Assembly (NCBI GenBank): GCA_025594325.1
Contig: JANHCV010000001.1
Span: 1,736,001-1,800,000 of the forward strand
Reading direction: 5' to 3'
DNA: 64,000 nt
Origin: Blastocladiella emersonii ATCC 22665
Taxonomy: Eukaryota; Fungi; Blastocladiomycota
Shown: positions 1 through 13,933 of the stretch, in pieces
Position numbering within the stretch: position 1 is the first letter of the stretch
Layout of the letters: the number at the start of each line of letters is the position of its first letter
Position numbers and translations under genes: made by a program
The notes under the pieces: model-generated
The model's database searches: none
Told to the model about the DNA's origin: nothing
Seen by the model: only the letters and a program-made list of their open reading frames with translations

Positions 1-378
1 TGTGGCGGTCGTCGCGGCGGGAGGGGCTGCGGGCTCATCCTCATCGTCGTCCTTTTCGCTCGCAGCAACCGCCTCCACCTCCTCGCTCCCAGAATCTTCG
101 CCGTCGGATTCCGGTTCCTCGGCCTCCTCGGGCTCGTCCTGTGTGGACTTGCGCGAGGATCGCGTCGACCTGCGCGTCGCAGCAGCAGGAGCAGCGGATT
201 TCGGCGTTGCTACACATGCACTGCGAACTCAGTGATACCCATACGCGACAAGAACATGCGACCGTACCGCCTGAGCGACTAGTACTCTTGTTCGCGGTCC
301 GCTTCGCTGGGGTCGACGCTTCAGCCGCGACCGGCGAGTCGGGCGACGACGCTGGCCGCTTGCGCGTCCGGAGCTTCA
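1..378 (-). CDS. 5' part of a spliced gene with a basic N-terminus and an acidic low-complexity region; runs off the window
   Basis: ATG at 378 (MKLRTRKRPASS...), then a GTACGG...GTGTAG intron, then a frame reading ATPKSAAPAAATRRSTRSSRKSTQDEPEEAEEPESDGEDSGSEE. Confidence 0.6.
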
Positions 379-668
379 TGGTTTCCGGCTATTACGGAAC
401 TCGCGTAAGCATTGCATCGACTAAGATGTGTTTCCATTGAGATCATACATGGTTGGTGATTGGACGTCGGAGCGAAGTCTCCGAAGTCGAACGCTCAAGT
501 CGGCCAGCGACCAAGCCCTCGGGCAGCGACCTCGCGACGACCACCGACCACAACTCGCTCCATCACTGAACGATCAAACACTCTGTATTGAATGAAAACG
601 ACGTTGTCAAGAGGGAAGAGAGAGGAGAGAGAGGCCCGTCCACACACGCCCAGAACTCTCGAACTTCA

Positions 669-2087
<1,419 letters not shown>

Positions 2088-2290
2088 TCAGCACACGCGG
2101 GTCCGCGTCCGCGGTTTGCCCAGCTCGCGTCGCGGCGATCGAGCCCGCGTGACCCAGGTTTCGCAGCTTTGGAGTCCTCGGTGGCCATCGTGCCCGGCCG
2201 TGGCCACGAGCAACTTGAGCTCTCGCTCGAGATCGCCTTCGCGAGAAGAGCCGTGAACCGCTCAACGTAACTCTACGCAACACACCGACC

Positions 2291-2849
2291 ATGGCCCGTG
2301 GCAAGCAGAAGGAGGAGTCTCGGTACAGCATCATGAATCAACAAACCTACGGCGCCCGCGGCTCTGCGACGGATCTACGTCGCCGTGAACTTCGCCTTGG
2401 TCTCCCCGCCGAACTGCTGGCCGTGCGGGTGGTCGGACTTGAGACGCGACGGTGCACTGGGCGCCCAGTCCCCGGCGGCAGACTTGCGCTCGTCGCGGAC
2501 GTCGTAGAACAGAGCCGAGGGACACGCCCGAGTCGCACTGTCGAGACCGGTCCGCTGACCACCTGGCTCCCTCGCGCTCCCGCCCCGCTCTCTACTAGTC
2601 TCCGCGCCGAGAAGAGCAAGCCCAAGGAGGGCAAGTCGCAGCTCAAGGACCGCGAAAAGGGCATGCAGTACACCTGCCCCGTGTGCAAGAACCCGTGTGC
2701 CAACTACAAGATCCTGGTCCAGCACATGGAGGGTACGCGCTTGCTCCGGGCTCGAAGCACTCCACTCCCGCACCAGCTCACTTGTCTCCTTCGCCCCGCG
2801 TGTAGCCAAGCACCCCAAGGCCCCGATCCCCGCCGAGGGCTCGTCCTGA
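2291..2849 (+). CDS. small C2H2 zinc-finger protein, ZNF706/At2g23090-like
   Basis: Spliced product MARGKQKEESRLRAEKSKPKEGKSQLKDREKGMQYTCPVCKNPCANYKILVQHMEAKHPKAPIPAEGSS; introns 2323-2598 and 2733-2805. Confidence 0.8.
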
Positions 2850-3225
2850 CGCCTCGCCTACCGTTACCCTACCCCTTCAACCGTTCGTTGCGTCTTGTTG
2901 TTGCTGTTGATTTGTTCTGAATGCCTAGAGTCGTTGTGCGCTTCCCCATCGGTTCGTGTGAGGACCCGTGATGTGCTCTACGTCAAGGAAAGTCGAAACC
3001 CCCGTGTCTCGCACCCGTGTCTCGCGTCCGCGAGTTTATCATGTGATCGCGCGCGCGTTTCAGAGACGCGTCGACGCGCCGCGCCCCCATTCGGCTCAAC
3101 TCGCTGCTCGCTTTGAGTAATACACCACCACCGCTCGCTGCAACGTGATCGTATACCACGATAACTAGATGCATAGATAGACGAAAGCTGCCCGCAATCC
3201 TGATCACCCGTTTCCTCGTTCCAAC

Positions 3226-5745
3226 ATGAAGGCCATCCGGCGCGCCAAAGTATGCTCCTGCGCCGAGCACCCGCCCCACTCCTTGAGCTCATCTCGAGCT
3301 TTTTCACTCGTCTAGGTGGCCGAGCCGGTCAAGGAGGTCAAGGGCTCCCTCACCTCGCTCAACACGGCGGGCGCTCTAGGTGCCGGTGAGAATGGCGACC
3401 CGTCCAACAACCTCGAGTGGCTGCCGGTACGACTTGTCGCAACTCGATCACCTCGCACAGCGCTAATCCGAGCCCGTGTCACCTTCGTGTAGCCCAAGCA
3501 GCTGCTCAAGCCGACGGGCCAGCTCGCGCTCAACGAAAAGGAGCTCGACGAGGAGCTGACGCGCATCCTCAACGCCAACAACCCGCACGCCCCGCAGAAC
3601 ATTGCGCGATGGATCCACAAGGAGCAGACCTACAAGGCCATGGCGTACAACGAGCACATGGTCACGCACTTCGAGTTTGACGGCTACCTCTCGTTCAAGG
3701 GCGACAACAAGCGCGCCGAGGAGGAGGCCGCCGCGCCCGCTGCGACCGAGGACGGGGCCGCGCCGGGCGAGGGGACCAAGGAGGAGGGCGTCGACGCCGG
3801 CACCACGACCGAGGGCGGACCGCCCACGAGCGCGCCCGAGCCCGAGGTCGTGCTCAAGGAGGAGGTCAAGTCCAACAAGCCGCCCGCGCGGAACCAGTTC
3901 AACTACTCGGAGCGCGCGACGCAGACCGTCAACAACCCGCCGCGGGTACGCTCGTCATCTCGCTCGCAACCTCAAGCCCCCGCTCACGCACCTCGCGCCG
4001 TGTAGAGTCGGAGCACCAACACGGAGCCACCACCGCATCGCACTTTCTCGGGTGCCGTCAACCAGTGGTCCATCTACGACGCGTACATGGAGGACACGCT
4101 GGCCAAGGAGCGCGCCAAGGACAAGGCCAAGGTACGCTTTCGCTCGTAGTCTACGCTGCGCTCGCGGCGACTAACGGAACTCTATGCCGTGTAGAACGCG
4201 GGCGGTAAGGGGCACAAGGACGACGACAAGCCGACGGCGCTGACGACCGAGTCGGCGCACGGCGAGGACGTGTACCACTCGCTCGACTTCTCCAAGCGGC
4301 TGTCGACGCTCGAGCGCATGGCCAACCAGAACACGTACGACGACATCACGCAGGACTTCAAGTACTGGGACGACGCGGCCGACGAGCTGCGCGAGACCAA
4401 GGAGGGCTCGCTGCTCCCGCTGTGGGAGTTCCTGTACATGCGCGAGAAGAAGAAGCAGGTCACGGCGCTCGCGTGGAACCCGACGTGCTCGGACCTGTTC
4501 ATCGTCGCGTATGGGTCCTTCAACTTCACCAAGCAGGGACCCGGCGTCCTGTGCTGCTTCTCGCTCAAGAACCCGTCGTTCCCCGAGCTCATCTTCCACA
4601 CGGCCTCGGGCGTCATGTGCATCGACATCCACCCGAAGCGCCCGCACCTCGTCGCTGCGGGGCTGTACGACGGTTCGTGCCTCGTCTTCGACCTGAGTGC
4701 GCCGTCCGGCCTCGCTGCGTCCGCGGCGGGTGGCGCGGCGGGCGGGCCGGGCGGAGTCGGTGGTTCGAGCTCGAGCGGCGGCAGCGGAGGCTCGGGCTCG
4801 GGCGGCAGCGGCAACGGGTCGTCGGGCAGCGGTGGTTCGGGCAGCAACGGCAGCGTCGGCGGTCCCGGTTCGATCGGCTCGGCACGGTACCGGTCCAACG
4901 TCAAGGAGCAGCACGCGGACCCCGTGTGGCAGGTCGCGTGGCAGCCCGACGATCTCGACGGCAACCCGAACTTCTTCTCCGTGTCGAGCGACGGCGTCGT
5001 CAAGCAGGCGGTCCTGCTCAAGACCGAGCTCATGATGAGCAACGTGATCAAGCTCGCCCTGCACGGGTCGTCGCGCGCCGGCCTGTGCATGGACTTCAAC
5101 AAGAGCAACGACCACATTTTCGTCGTCGGGACCGAGGAGGGCGACCTCATCAAGTGCTCCAAGGACTACAACTCACAGTACCTGCAGACCTTTGATGTAC
5201 GTGCGCTCGCGCTCACCTTACTCGCAGTTGCTCACCCAGCGTACGCGTAGGCGCACTCGATGGCCGTGTACCGGATCCTGTACAACGCCTTCTACACGTC
5301 CGTGTTCCTCACGGCGTCGGGCGACTGGACCGTCAAGCTGTGGGACCACTCGGAGGGCAGCGGGCCGGCGCGGACGCCCATCCTGATCTTCGACTTTGGG
5401 TGTCCCGTGGCCGACGTCGCGTGGGCGCCATACTCGTCGACCGTGTTCGCGGTGGCCACGTCCGAGGGCCGCGTCGTGGTGTACGACCTGGACATCAACA
5501 AGTACGACCCGATCTGCTCGCAGCAGGTGGTCGGCGGCAAGGCGCGGCTGACGCGCATCGCGTTCTGCCCCTTCGAGCCCGTGATCATCGTCGGCGACGA
5601 CCGCGGCACCGTGCTCTCGCTCAAGCTGTCGCCCAACCTGCGCAAGGCGGGCCGCGGCGGCGCGTCCGCGTCGTACGAGGACCAGCGCGATCGACTCGAG
5701 CGAATCGTCCTGCTGTCGCAGGGCAAGGGCAACTCGGGTCGCTAA
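3226..5745 (+). CDS. DNAI1: axonemal outer-arm dynein intermediate chain (DNAI1/IC78-like), WD40
   Basis: ELTRILNANNPHAPQNI signature, ERMANQN, and WD40 repeats (VTALAWNP, HADPVWQVAW, SGDWTVKLWD, KLSPNLRK); multiple short introns. Confidence 0.88.
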
Positions 5746-5921
5746 AACGCGACGCGTTTGACGCGTCGTTGGTCGTTATTTGGTGTTATTCTCGCTCACA
5801 ATGTACAGGATTTGATGAATTACGCTTCACTCGAGTATCGAACTCGCACTCCCCAAGATGATCGACAAGTAATGGATGATGAATGAGCGTAGATTGATAT
5901 TACAAGTCGTGATACAATAGC

Positions 5922-6812
5922 TTAGGCCGCCGTCTTGCCAGCACCAGTACCGGCACCGGCTCCCGGCTGCTGAGCCCCAGCACCAGCACCAGCACCTGCG
6001 CCCGGCTGCTGAGCGCCGTTCTGCTGGTCGCCGGCCTTGTTGCCGCCAGCACCCGTCTGGCCACCGGCCTTGTTGCCCCCAGCACCCGTCTGGTTGCCGT
6101 TACCGCCCGCCCGGTTCTGGTTGCCGCCCGCGCGGTTCTGGTTGCCGCCCGCGCGGTTCTGGCCGTTCTGACGACCCCCAGCTCCAGCGCCTGCCCCGAC
6201 ATCGGTCCCGTTTCCGCCCGCACCTGCGCCGAGCCCGTTCCCAGCACCACCGCCAGCACCAGAGAGACCCTGGATCAGGGTGGTGAGCGTATCGAGCTTG
6301 CTGTTGATCTGCGTCAGCTGAGTAGCCATGCCGGCCTGGTTACCGCCCTGGTTACCGCCCCGCTGGTTGCGGCCTCCGTTACGGTTACGGTTCCCGCCCT
6401 GGTTCTGCCCGTTCCCGGCCGTGCTGTTGCGCGCGTTCCCGCCCCCGACGTTTCCGCCGCGGTTCTGGCCATTCCCTCGGTTCTGGCCGTTACCACGGTT
6501 CTGGTTGCCGCCGTTCTGGTTCCCGCCGCCCACCGTCCCGTTGTTGGCGCCTCCGTTACCCGTCGCGCCGCCAGCACCGCCTGCTCCGGCCCCAGCTCCC
6601 GCTCCGGCCCCAGCGCCAGCACCACCCGCCTTGCCGGCGATCTGATCGACGTTGGCGCGGACGTTGACGGCGTTGCGCTTGACGAGCGTCGACTCGTACG
6701 AGGGGATATCGACCGCGACCGGCGCGGCATGGATCTCGGACGAGGACGAGACGAGGACAGCGGCGAGGGCGACAAAAGCCAGGGTGAGCTTGGAGAGGGT
6801 CGAGGTCTTCAT
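5922..6812 (-). CDS. secreted Gly/Asn/Gln-rich low-complexity protein
   Basis: Signal peptide MKTSTLSKLTLAFVALAAVLVSSSSEIHA, LVKR dibasic site, GAGAGA and GGNQNR repeats; intronless. Confidence 0.8.
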   Translation of the reverse strand: MKTSTLSKLTLAFVALAAVLVSSSSEIHAAPVAVDIPSYESTLVKRNAVNVRANVDQIAGKAGGAGAGAGAGAGAGAGGAGGATGNGGANNGTVGGGNQNGGNQNRGNGQNRGNGQNRGGNVGGGNARNSTAGNGQNQGGNRNRNGGRNQRGGNQGGNQAGMATQLTQINSKLDTLTTLIQGLSGAGGGAGNGLGAGAGGNGTDVGAGAGAGGRQNGQNRAGGNQNRAGGNQNRAGGNGNQTGAGGNKAGGQTGAGGNKAGDQQNGAQQPGAGAGAGAGAQQPGAGAGTGAGKTAA

Positions 6813-7909
6813 GTTGTTTACAGGTGTGTGTTTGTGTGCGAGGCGCGCAGCGTCTTGATCTCGAAGAGTGGTTGTTGAAGTGTAGTGGTAGTGGAGCGTT
6901 GCAGTAGACCAGCTATGCACGCGTGAGGATGGATGGTTGGGTTGATGGGGTTGGTGATCTGAGCGAGTAGGAGTGCGGGGGCGCCGGCCGTATTTGAACG
7001 ATCCGTGGACCGGCCGCGATGGAAGCCGTCGAGTCGTACTCTCAGCGCGCGCGCGAGGAGCGCGCCATACTCCCGCGTTCCATGGGCACCAGCGTCGCAG
7101 CGTCGCGCTTGTCCCTGTCATGTCTCCAAGTCATTGAACGCGCACCCGGTGAGCATTGAAGCGCGGCGCCATGGCGCACCATGAGCCTCGCGAGTACTAA
7201 CACGCCGGGCACTTGGACCTCGCTGTGATCGCGTCCTGACCATGGCGCAGGCGCCGTGGCGGCCGCGAGGCTGACACAGGACGCGGGTTGCGCCGATGAG
7301 TGCAGGGACGCGATAAATGCGGTCATGGGCGACCATGGACTGAACCGGCACACGGGGAGATCCATGAGCCGCCGTGGCGCGCGGTGGTTGGTGAGCGTGG
7401 CGCATCGCGACCAGACGTTTCGAGTCCTTCAAGCCCGCGAAAGAGTGCGTCACCCGTTTGAAAGCGTTGAAACTCGACCTCGGCAGGGTCAGTCGGTGGT
7501 GCGACTCGTCGTGCTTGCAGATCATGAGAGCGACATGTCGCCGTTCGCCGTTTGCAGTCGTCTCAGGATGTTACCATTGCAACGCCCTCGGGCCGGCCTG
7601 CATCGTTGGACTCACGTTCACTCTATACGAAACGTTTTAGTGTCCGATCTGCGACTGCAACGCCAGCTTCAGCCATGTCTCGCGGACTGTCTCCGACCTT
7701 CGCGACGCGTCTCGCGAAGCGCGTCATTCAGCACGTGTGCGGCGGCGATCAAACACGTCGCGCGGTCGCCACCGCCAAACAGCGAGCAGCCGACCTCACC
7801 GCTGCTCCTCACCAACCACGAAGCACACGGATCAGAAGCCTTCCTGACTGCCTGCATTTCCTCGGCAGTGCAACACCACGTCATCAAAAACTGCTCAAAC
7901 CTCTCGACC

Positions 7910-9243
7910 ATGCTCGCCCTCACCTCGCTGGCACAGCGTCGCGCCCCGTCGCGGGCAGTGACGCCCCTGATCCTGCGAGCGGCAGCAAGCGCTGCTCCCC
8001 GTGTTGCCGCCCAGGCCGCCATGATGTCGACAGGTCGCTCGATGCCTCGCGCTCTTACGGGCAGCGGAAGCGGATCGAGTCTTCCCTGGAACACTGGTTC
8101 GTTCCCTGATACCACTTACGAGTCGAGCGTACGACTTAGTCCCGGAAACCAAATCGTGTAGTCGTCAAGTTTGTTCCGCAGCAGCAGTCGTGGGTCGTTG
8201 AGCGCTTCGGCAAGTTCTCGCGCGTGCTGGAGCCTGGTCTCGCGATCCTGGTCCCCTTCGTCGAGCGCATCGCGTACGTGCACTCGCTCAAGGAGGTGGC
8301 CGTCGAGATCCCGTCGCAGAGCGCCATCACCGCCGACAACGTGTCGCTCGAGCTCGACGGCGTGCTCTACTACCGCATCATCGACCCCGTCAAGGCGAGT
8401 TACGGTGTCGAAGAGCCCGTGTTCGCCGTCGCCCAGCTCGCGCAGACGACCATGCGCGCCGAGATTGGCCGCCTCACGCTCGACCGGACCCTCGCCGAGC
8501 GCGCCGAGCTCAACACGCAGATCGTCGAGGCGATCGGCGCTGCCGCCGGCGCGTGGGGCATCCAGTGCCTCCGGTACGAGGTGCGCGACATCCACCTGCC
8601 CAACTCGGTCATCACGTCTATGCACTCGCAGGTGTCGGCCGAGCGGTCCAAGCGCGCCGCCATCCTCGAGTCCGAGGGTCGCCGCCAGGCTGCCATCAAC
8701 GTCGCTGAGGGCCACAAGCAGGCGCGCGTCCTCGCGTCCGAGGCCGAGCGGATCTCGGCCATCAACGCCGCCGAGGGTGCCGCGCGCGCGGTGCTCCTGC
8801 ACGCTGACGCCACGGCCAAGGGGATCTCGCAGGTCGCGGCCGCCATTGCCAACGGTGACGGTACGGGCGAGCGCGGAACCGACGCCGCCGCGCTGCAGGT
8901 CGCTGAGCGGTGGGTCGACGCGTGGGGCGGCATCGCCAAGAACGCCGGCTCCGTCGTCGTGGTCCCGTCCGGCATGGGCGACGCCGCGGGCATGGTGACC
9001 TCGGGCATGTCGCTGTTCAAGAACCTGACCGAGAAGTCGGATCGCCAGCAGCAGCAGGCGTCGTCTACGTCGACCACCGCACCGAGCTCGACCGCGCGGC
9101 TCGCTGACGCTGCCGTGTTCAACCCCGCGTACCCGACCGAGTTTGGCAGCGGCTCGTTCGACTCTTCGCCCTCCACGCCCATGAGCAAGACCGTCGAGGA
9201 GCTCAACCGCGAGATCTTCGAGGAGACGCTCTGCGTGAAGTAA
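7910..9243 (+). CDS. STOML2: stomatin-like protein 2 (SPFH domain), mitochondrial
   Basis: Presequence-like N-terminus, FVPQQQSWVVERFGKF, AITADNVSLELDGVLY, CLRYEVRDI, AERSKRAAILESEG; one intron at about 8097-8162. Confidence 0.92.
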
Positions 9244-9530
9244 GAGCGGTGTTCCTCGCCCTTTTGATCACACGTGTCTTTGGAATACACGCAGACTGTA
9301 CATTCTACCGAGGGTGGTTCGAGGCAGGGGGGCTTCTGCTCGAGGATGAGCAGCAGGGCTGCGCGTTGGTCGAGGTCGGCGACCGACCACCAACGTCGAA
9401 AAGTGGCTGAGCGCCACTCACGTGTGCCTGCGCCACTTTCCCCTCGTCAGGCAATCCCCTCCGCTGGCCCTTTGTGCTGAGGAGCGCGCTTCACTGCCAA
9501 CCCTCCTGCTTTTTTGCCAGCGATTTCAAA

Positions 9531-10425
9531 ATGGGACGCTCACGACCCCGCCATGCAGCTCGCCGACCGCCGTGCCGCCCGCGCACGACCATGAAACCAC
9601 GACGAACGAACGAACCGACGATGACGTCGGGCCCATGCATCAACGCCGCCGCTACCGCCCCCTCGCATTCGCCGCGACGCCGGACTCTCGCCCCCCTTCC
9701 GGCGTGTCCATGCGTGACCGTCCGTGAGGTGGAAACCAACGTCTTGTGCTGGAAACTCGCGGATGTTTGGACGTGACCACCCGCACGCATGCACGCCGTC
9801 ACGCCGCTGAACGCGCGCATTCAGAAACGCCGCTCAATGGATGCACGCCGAAACGCCTCCTGGCGAAACGCTGCCCGACGCCGCTACGCTGAGCGGTGTC
9901 TGCGCGTACGCGCGAGACGCGGCTGGCGTGCTGGACGAATGCACGCCGAACGTTTGCATCGAGAATTGCTGTCGGACCTCTCCGCGGCACCAACGTCTCG
10001 CCAGCTGGCTGGGCTGCCGTCGCCGTCGTCGTCGTCGTTCTGTCGTCACCGTGGTTTCTGGTCGCAGCTGCGAAAACTGCGGTCGGCCCGCTGCATCTGC
10101 ATTTTCTGCGCCCGCACGAACTCGGTTTCTAACGACCGTTCACGTCTTTGGGCCGCTCTAGTCCAAGGGTACCCCCTCGTTCGGTAAGCGCCACACCAAG
10201 TCGCACACGCTGTGCCGTCGCTGCGGCAACCGCGCCTTCCACAACCAGAAGAAGACGTGCGCGTCGTGCGGCTACCCCTCCGCCAAGGTCCGCTCGTACA
10301 ACTGGTCCGAGAAGGCCAAGCGCCGCAAGACCACCGGCACCGGCCGCATGCGCCACCTCAAGCTCGTCAACCGCCGCTTCACCAACGGCTTCCGCTCGGG
10401 CACCCCCAAGGCCAAGTCCGAGTAA
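9531..10425 (+). CDS. RPL37: 60S ribosomal protein L37 (eL37); main exon 10162-10425, start codon in an upstream exon (best candidate 9531)
   Basis: [22 protein letters not shown]...CASCGYP...[14 protein letters not shown]; TTCTAAC branch site and CTCTAG acceptor at 10161. The 5' end is uncertain. Confidence 0.9.
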
Positions 10426-10729
10426 GGTCTCCACGGTCCCCCGCAGGCTTACGAGTGTCATGGTGGTGTAACTTTTGAAGAAACGTTGCCCCCGCTACCT
10501 TTTTTTTTTCCTTGAACGCTTGACCCTCATGCTTGAGCTCGTCGGCCTGCGCATAGTCAACTCAGAACGAGTGGCGCAACACGTCGTACGCGTCACGAGT
10601 GTCTTGAACCGCCCCTGCTCGAAGTTCTCCCCTGTCGAGTGAGCTTCGAGAGGTGAGGAGTCCTGGCGGTGTGGCGCATCGCGTCCATGAACGCGTCGGG
10701 ACGCAAAGACCCATGTATTTCGCACATTA

Positions 10730-13700
10730 TCACCCGTGCATATCCTCGTCATCCACGTAAAACTGGTGCACCATGCGCGCCATGTCGTCCGCGGCCACGC
10801 TCACGCTCGCCGTCGCGTGCTGCTGCTGCTGCTGCTGCTGCGTAGGCGCCGCTGCGACGAGCGGGACCACCTCGGACGCGACCATTGGCTGCTGCTGGTG
10901 CTGCTGCGTGATGCCCGACGCGGGCGGCGACGCGAGGAGGTCTCCGAGCGGCGGATCGCCCGCGGCCGCGTTCATGGCGGCAAAGTGCGCCGCCGTGGCC
11001 ACGGCGGACGCGGCCGTCGACGGCGTCGTGTTCGGCGTGCCGCTCGCGCGCGAGCCTGCGGTCAGCTGCGCCGAGAGGATCGACAGGGGCTGCTGTTGCT
11101 GCGTGAGTGGAGCGGGGGCCGCCGGGTGGTGATGGATGTCGAGGAGGTCGCTGGCCTCCTCGCGAGCGGGCTTGACGCGCTGCTGCTGCGAGGCCGTCTC
11201 ACCGGTCCGACCCGCGCGGCGATGATGGCGCGCGGTGGGCGGTGCGCCGAGGTGGATCGACTCGTAGATGGAGCGGTGCAGGGCCGACTGCTGCGCGCCC
11301 GCGCGGGGCGACAGGGCCCGCGTCGGCGACCGCGCTGGACGACCCGCGGGCAGATCGGTCGCGTCGAACGCGTCCTCGGCGACGTGGCGGAGGTACGCCT
11401 GCGTGATCTGGTCCATGTGCGCGGCCGCTGCGGGTGTTGGTCGCCACGTCGGATGGTTGGCCTACAATGCAAGCGAGTTAGATGCGTCGTGGCGGTTCAT
11501 AAAAGTGACGGACCTGGAAGTGGATCATGGACGAGGTCATCTTAGTCTCGGCCGCCGCGTCCCACGCGACGTGCCCTTCGACATCCCCGTCGGCGATATC
11601 CGAGCTCGCATCCACCAAAATCTCCATGGCCGGCAGCCGCCCGCCCGCGACCGCGTGGGACTGCGGGTGCGGGTTCGAGTCAACGAGCACGGGCGATCCC
11701 GCGCCCTCCTCGTCGCCCTCTCCGCCCACCACGTCCGCGCGGCCCATGAACATGGCGCCGTCGTAGATGAACCCGAGTCCCTGCACAAACACCGTGTGGT
11801 CGAGTGCGAAATCGACGATGCGCTCGGCGCAGTTTGGGAGGGAGAAGGCGAGGACGAGCGGGGCACACACGACGCCGAGGAGCTCGTGGACGTAGACCAT
11901 GATGCGGGCGGGCGCGAGCACGGCGACCTCGGCGCGGACGCGGTCCGAGTGCAGCCCCCACGCGAGCCAGCGGCGCGGGCAGTAGTGCAGGTGCTCGATG
12001 GCCTCGCGCAGGTCGCGCGCTGGGTCGAAGCGCGGCGTCACGTCCGCGTCGCCGCCGCGCATCCCGCGGACCACGACGAGGAGTGAGCCGAGGACGCCGA
12101 GGTAGAAGACGGGCGTGCGCTCGGGCGTCACTTCGAGGTGCAGGAGCGCGTCGGGGAAGAGGAGCGAGAGACCGAGCAGCACGCTGGCCACGGCACCCAG
12201 CAGAAAGGCGAGGAATCGCGCGAGGATGCCCGTCTTGGCCGCGGGGAACTGCGCGAGGTACCGCGACGTGGGCGCGTGCGCGAGACAAAGGCGCTTCTCG
12301 AGCTCGTGCGGCGCCTCGTTGAGCTCGCGCAGCTGCCAGCGCGCGAGCGGCGTGAACCGCGGGGTGCCGACCGTGCCCGGGTTGCGGTAGTATTCCTACG
12401 CGCGCACGGCGTTAGGCCGACTGGTTTCATGAAGCGGCACATGCGCGACGTACATCGCCGTAGCGGAGCACAAAGTAGACAACGAGCGCACACGCAAGGA
12501 CGGGCGCGAGGACCGCGTTGAGCACGGCCATGGCCACGAACCCGTAGCGTAGGCGCTGGACGATCTGGGCGCGGTACGCGATGCTGCGGCGCGGGCCGAC
12601 CCAGACGCGCGAGTCGCCAAAGACGAAGCCGAGCACGCAAAACTCAATGTTCCACTCGAGCAGCTTGGACAGGTGCGGCGACAGGAACGCGCCGACGAAC
12701 GGCAGCGGGACCGTGAGGTTGACGAGCCCCTCGGTCGAGTACAACGCGATCAGGTAGTTTTCGCGGCGCATGATGCGCGCCGTGACCTCGACCATGGAGC
12801 ACCCGAGCGGTGCAGCGGCGGGGGCCGCCGCTCCCGCCGCCGAGCCGGACGTGGGCGAGCCGGGCGGCGGCGACGACGCCAGCTGGCGGCGCGGGGACGT
12901 GGCGACGTTGGGCGAGGCTGGCGGCTGCGGCGGATGGGCCGGGTGCGGGTGGAAGGTGGCGACGTCCTCGAGGCGGGCGAGGATCTGGGCCCACGACGCG
13001 CTCTGGATGTCCGAGTCCGGGATCTCGAGGACGTGGGTGAAAAAGTCCTGCATCTTGCGCAGCGCGGGCTGGTCGCGCCACAGGTTCCACAGCGACCAGG
13101 ACCACGCGGCCAAGGCGAGGAGCAGGAGCGCCTTGACGAGCGGGTGCAGGCGTGGGCAGTCGGCGTGGGTGATGGACGAGAGCGGGGTCGGGCCCGTGAT
13201 GTGGTGGAGCGGCGCGTAGTCGACGCAGGACGTCAGGAAGACGACCAGCGTGCACGCGAATGCGAGTCGGCTACGATTCGAGGGACGCGTGTGAGTGCTC
13301 GTCGATTGTGATCCATGAGCGGACCGAGCCGTACAGAAGGTGCGTGAGGCGATGGAGCGTGATACACGTGGCACCGCGCCCGTAAAAGTAGTTGTAGACG
13401 TCCGAGTAGAATTGGTCGAGGCTGGGCGCCTGGAGCCAGAGCTGGAGTGCGCGCTCGTGGTCGCCCATGGGCCGCGGACCGGTCAGGGACGGGCGCCGGC
13501 CACGGTCGCGGTGATGGAGGCCGGTGCGATGGACGGCCTCGTCCGAGTCGGTCTCCTCGTCGCTCTCGTTCTCGCTGTCGTAGCCCGAGGGCGAGACTCG
13601 GCCCATGTACCGCGACCCAGCACCACCACCAGCGGTGCCCCCGCCGGGGTCGAGCGCGGACCGTGTTCGGGCGGCTGCGGCACTCGCGCGGGCGGACCGC

Positions 13701-13933
13701 GAGGAGCGGCGCGGCGCGTTCGACGACGGATGTGGCTGCTGCTGTTGCTGCTGGTCATGGTCATGGGCATACTCTCGCGGCGCTGGTGGCGCTTGTGGTC
13801 GGCCCGAAAGCGGCGTGCCGTCGGGGTAGGTCGGGACCGAGTGGTACTGGTCGCGTGGCGCGGCGGCGGCGGCGGCCTGGGCGCGGTGGGAGGGCGGGTG
13901 GGCCCTGCGGGCGTGTTGCGATGTAGAATACAT
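10730..13933 (-). CDS. ATG9: autophagy protein Atg9
   Basis: LDQFYSDVYNYFYGRG, ARIMRRENYLIAL, LEWNIEFC, LREAIEHLHY, FALDHTVFVQGLG, KMTSSMIHF; multi-exon. Confidence 0.93.

Noticed and set aside
5990-6640. CRISPR-like or satellite array
   Set aside because: The repeats are in-frame codon repeats of the secreted Gly/Asn-rich protein, with no spacer structure.
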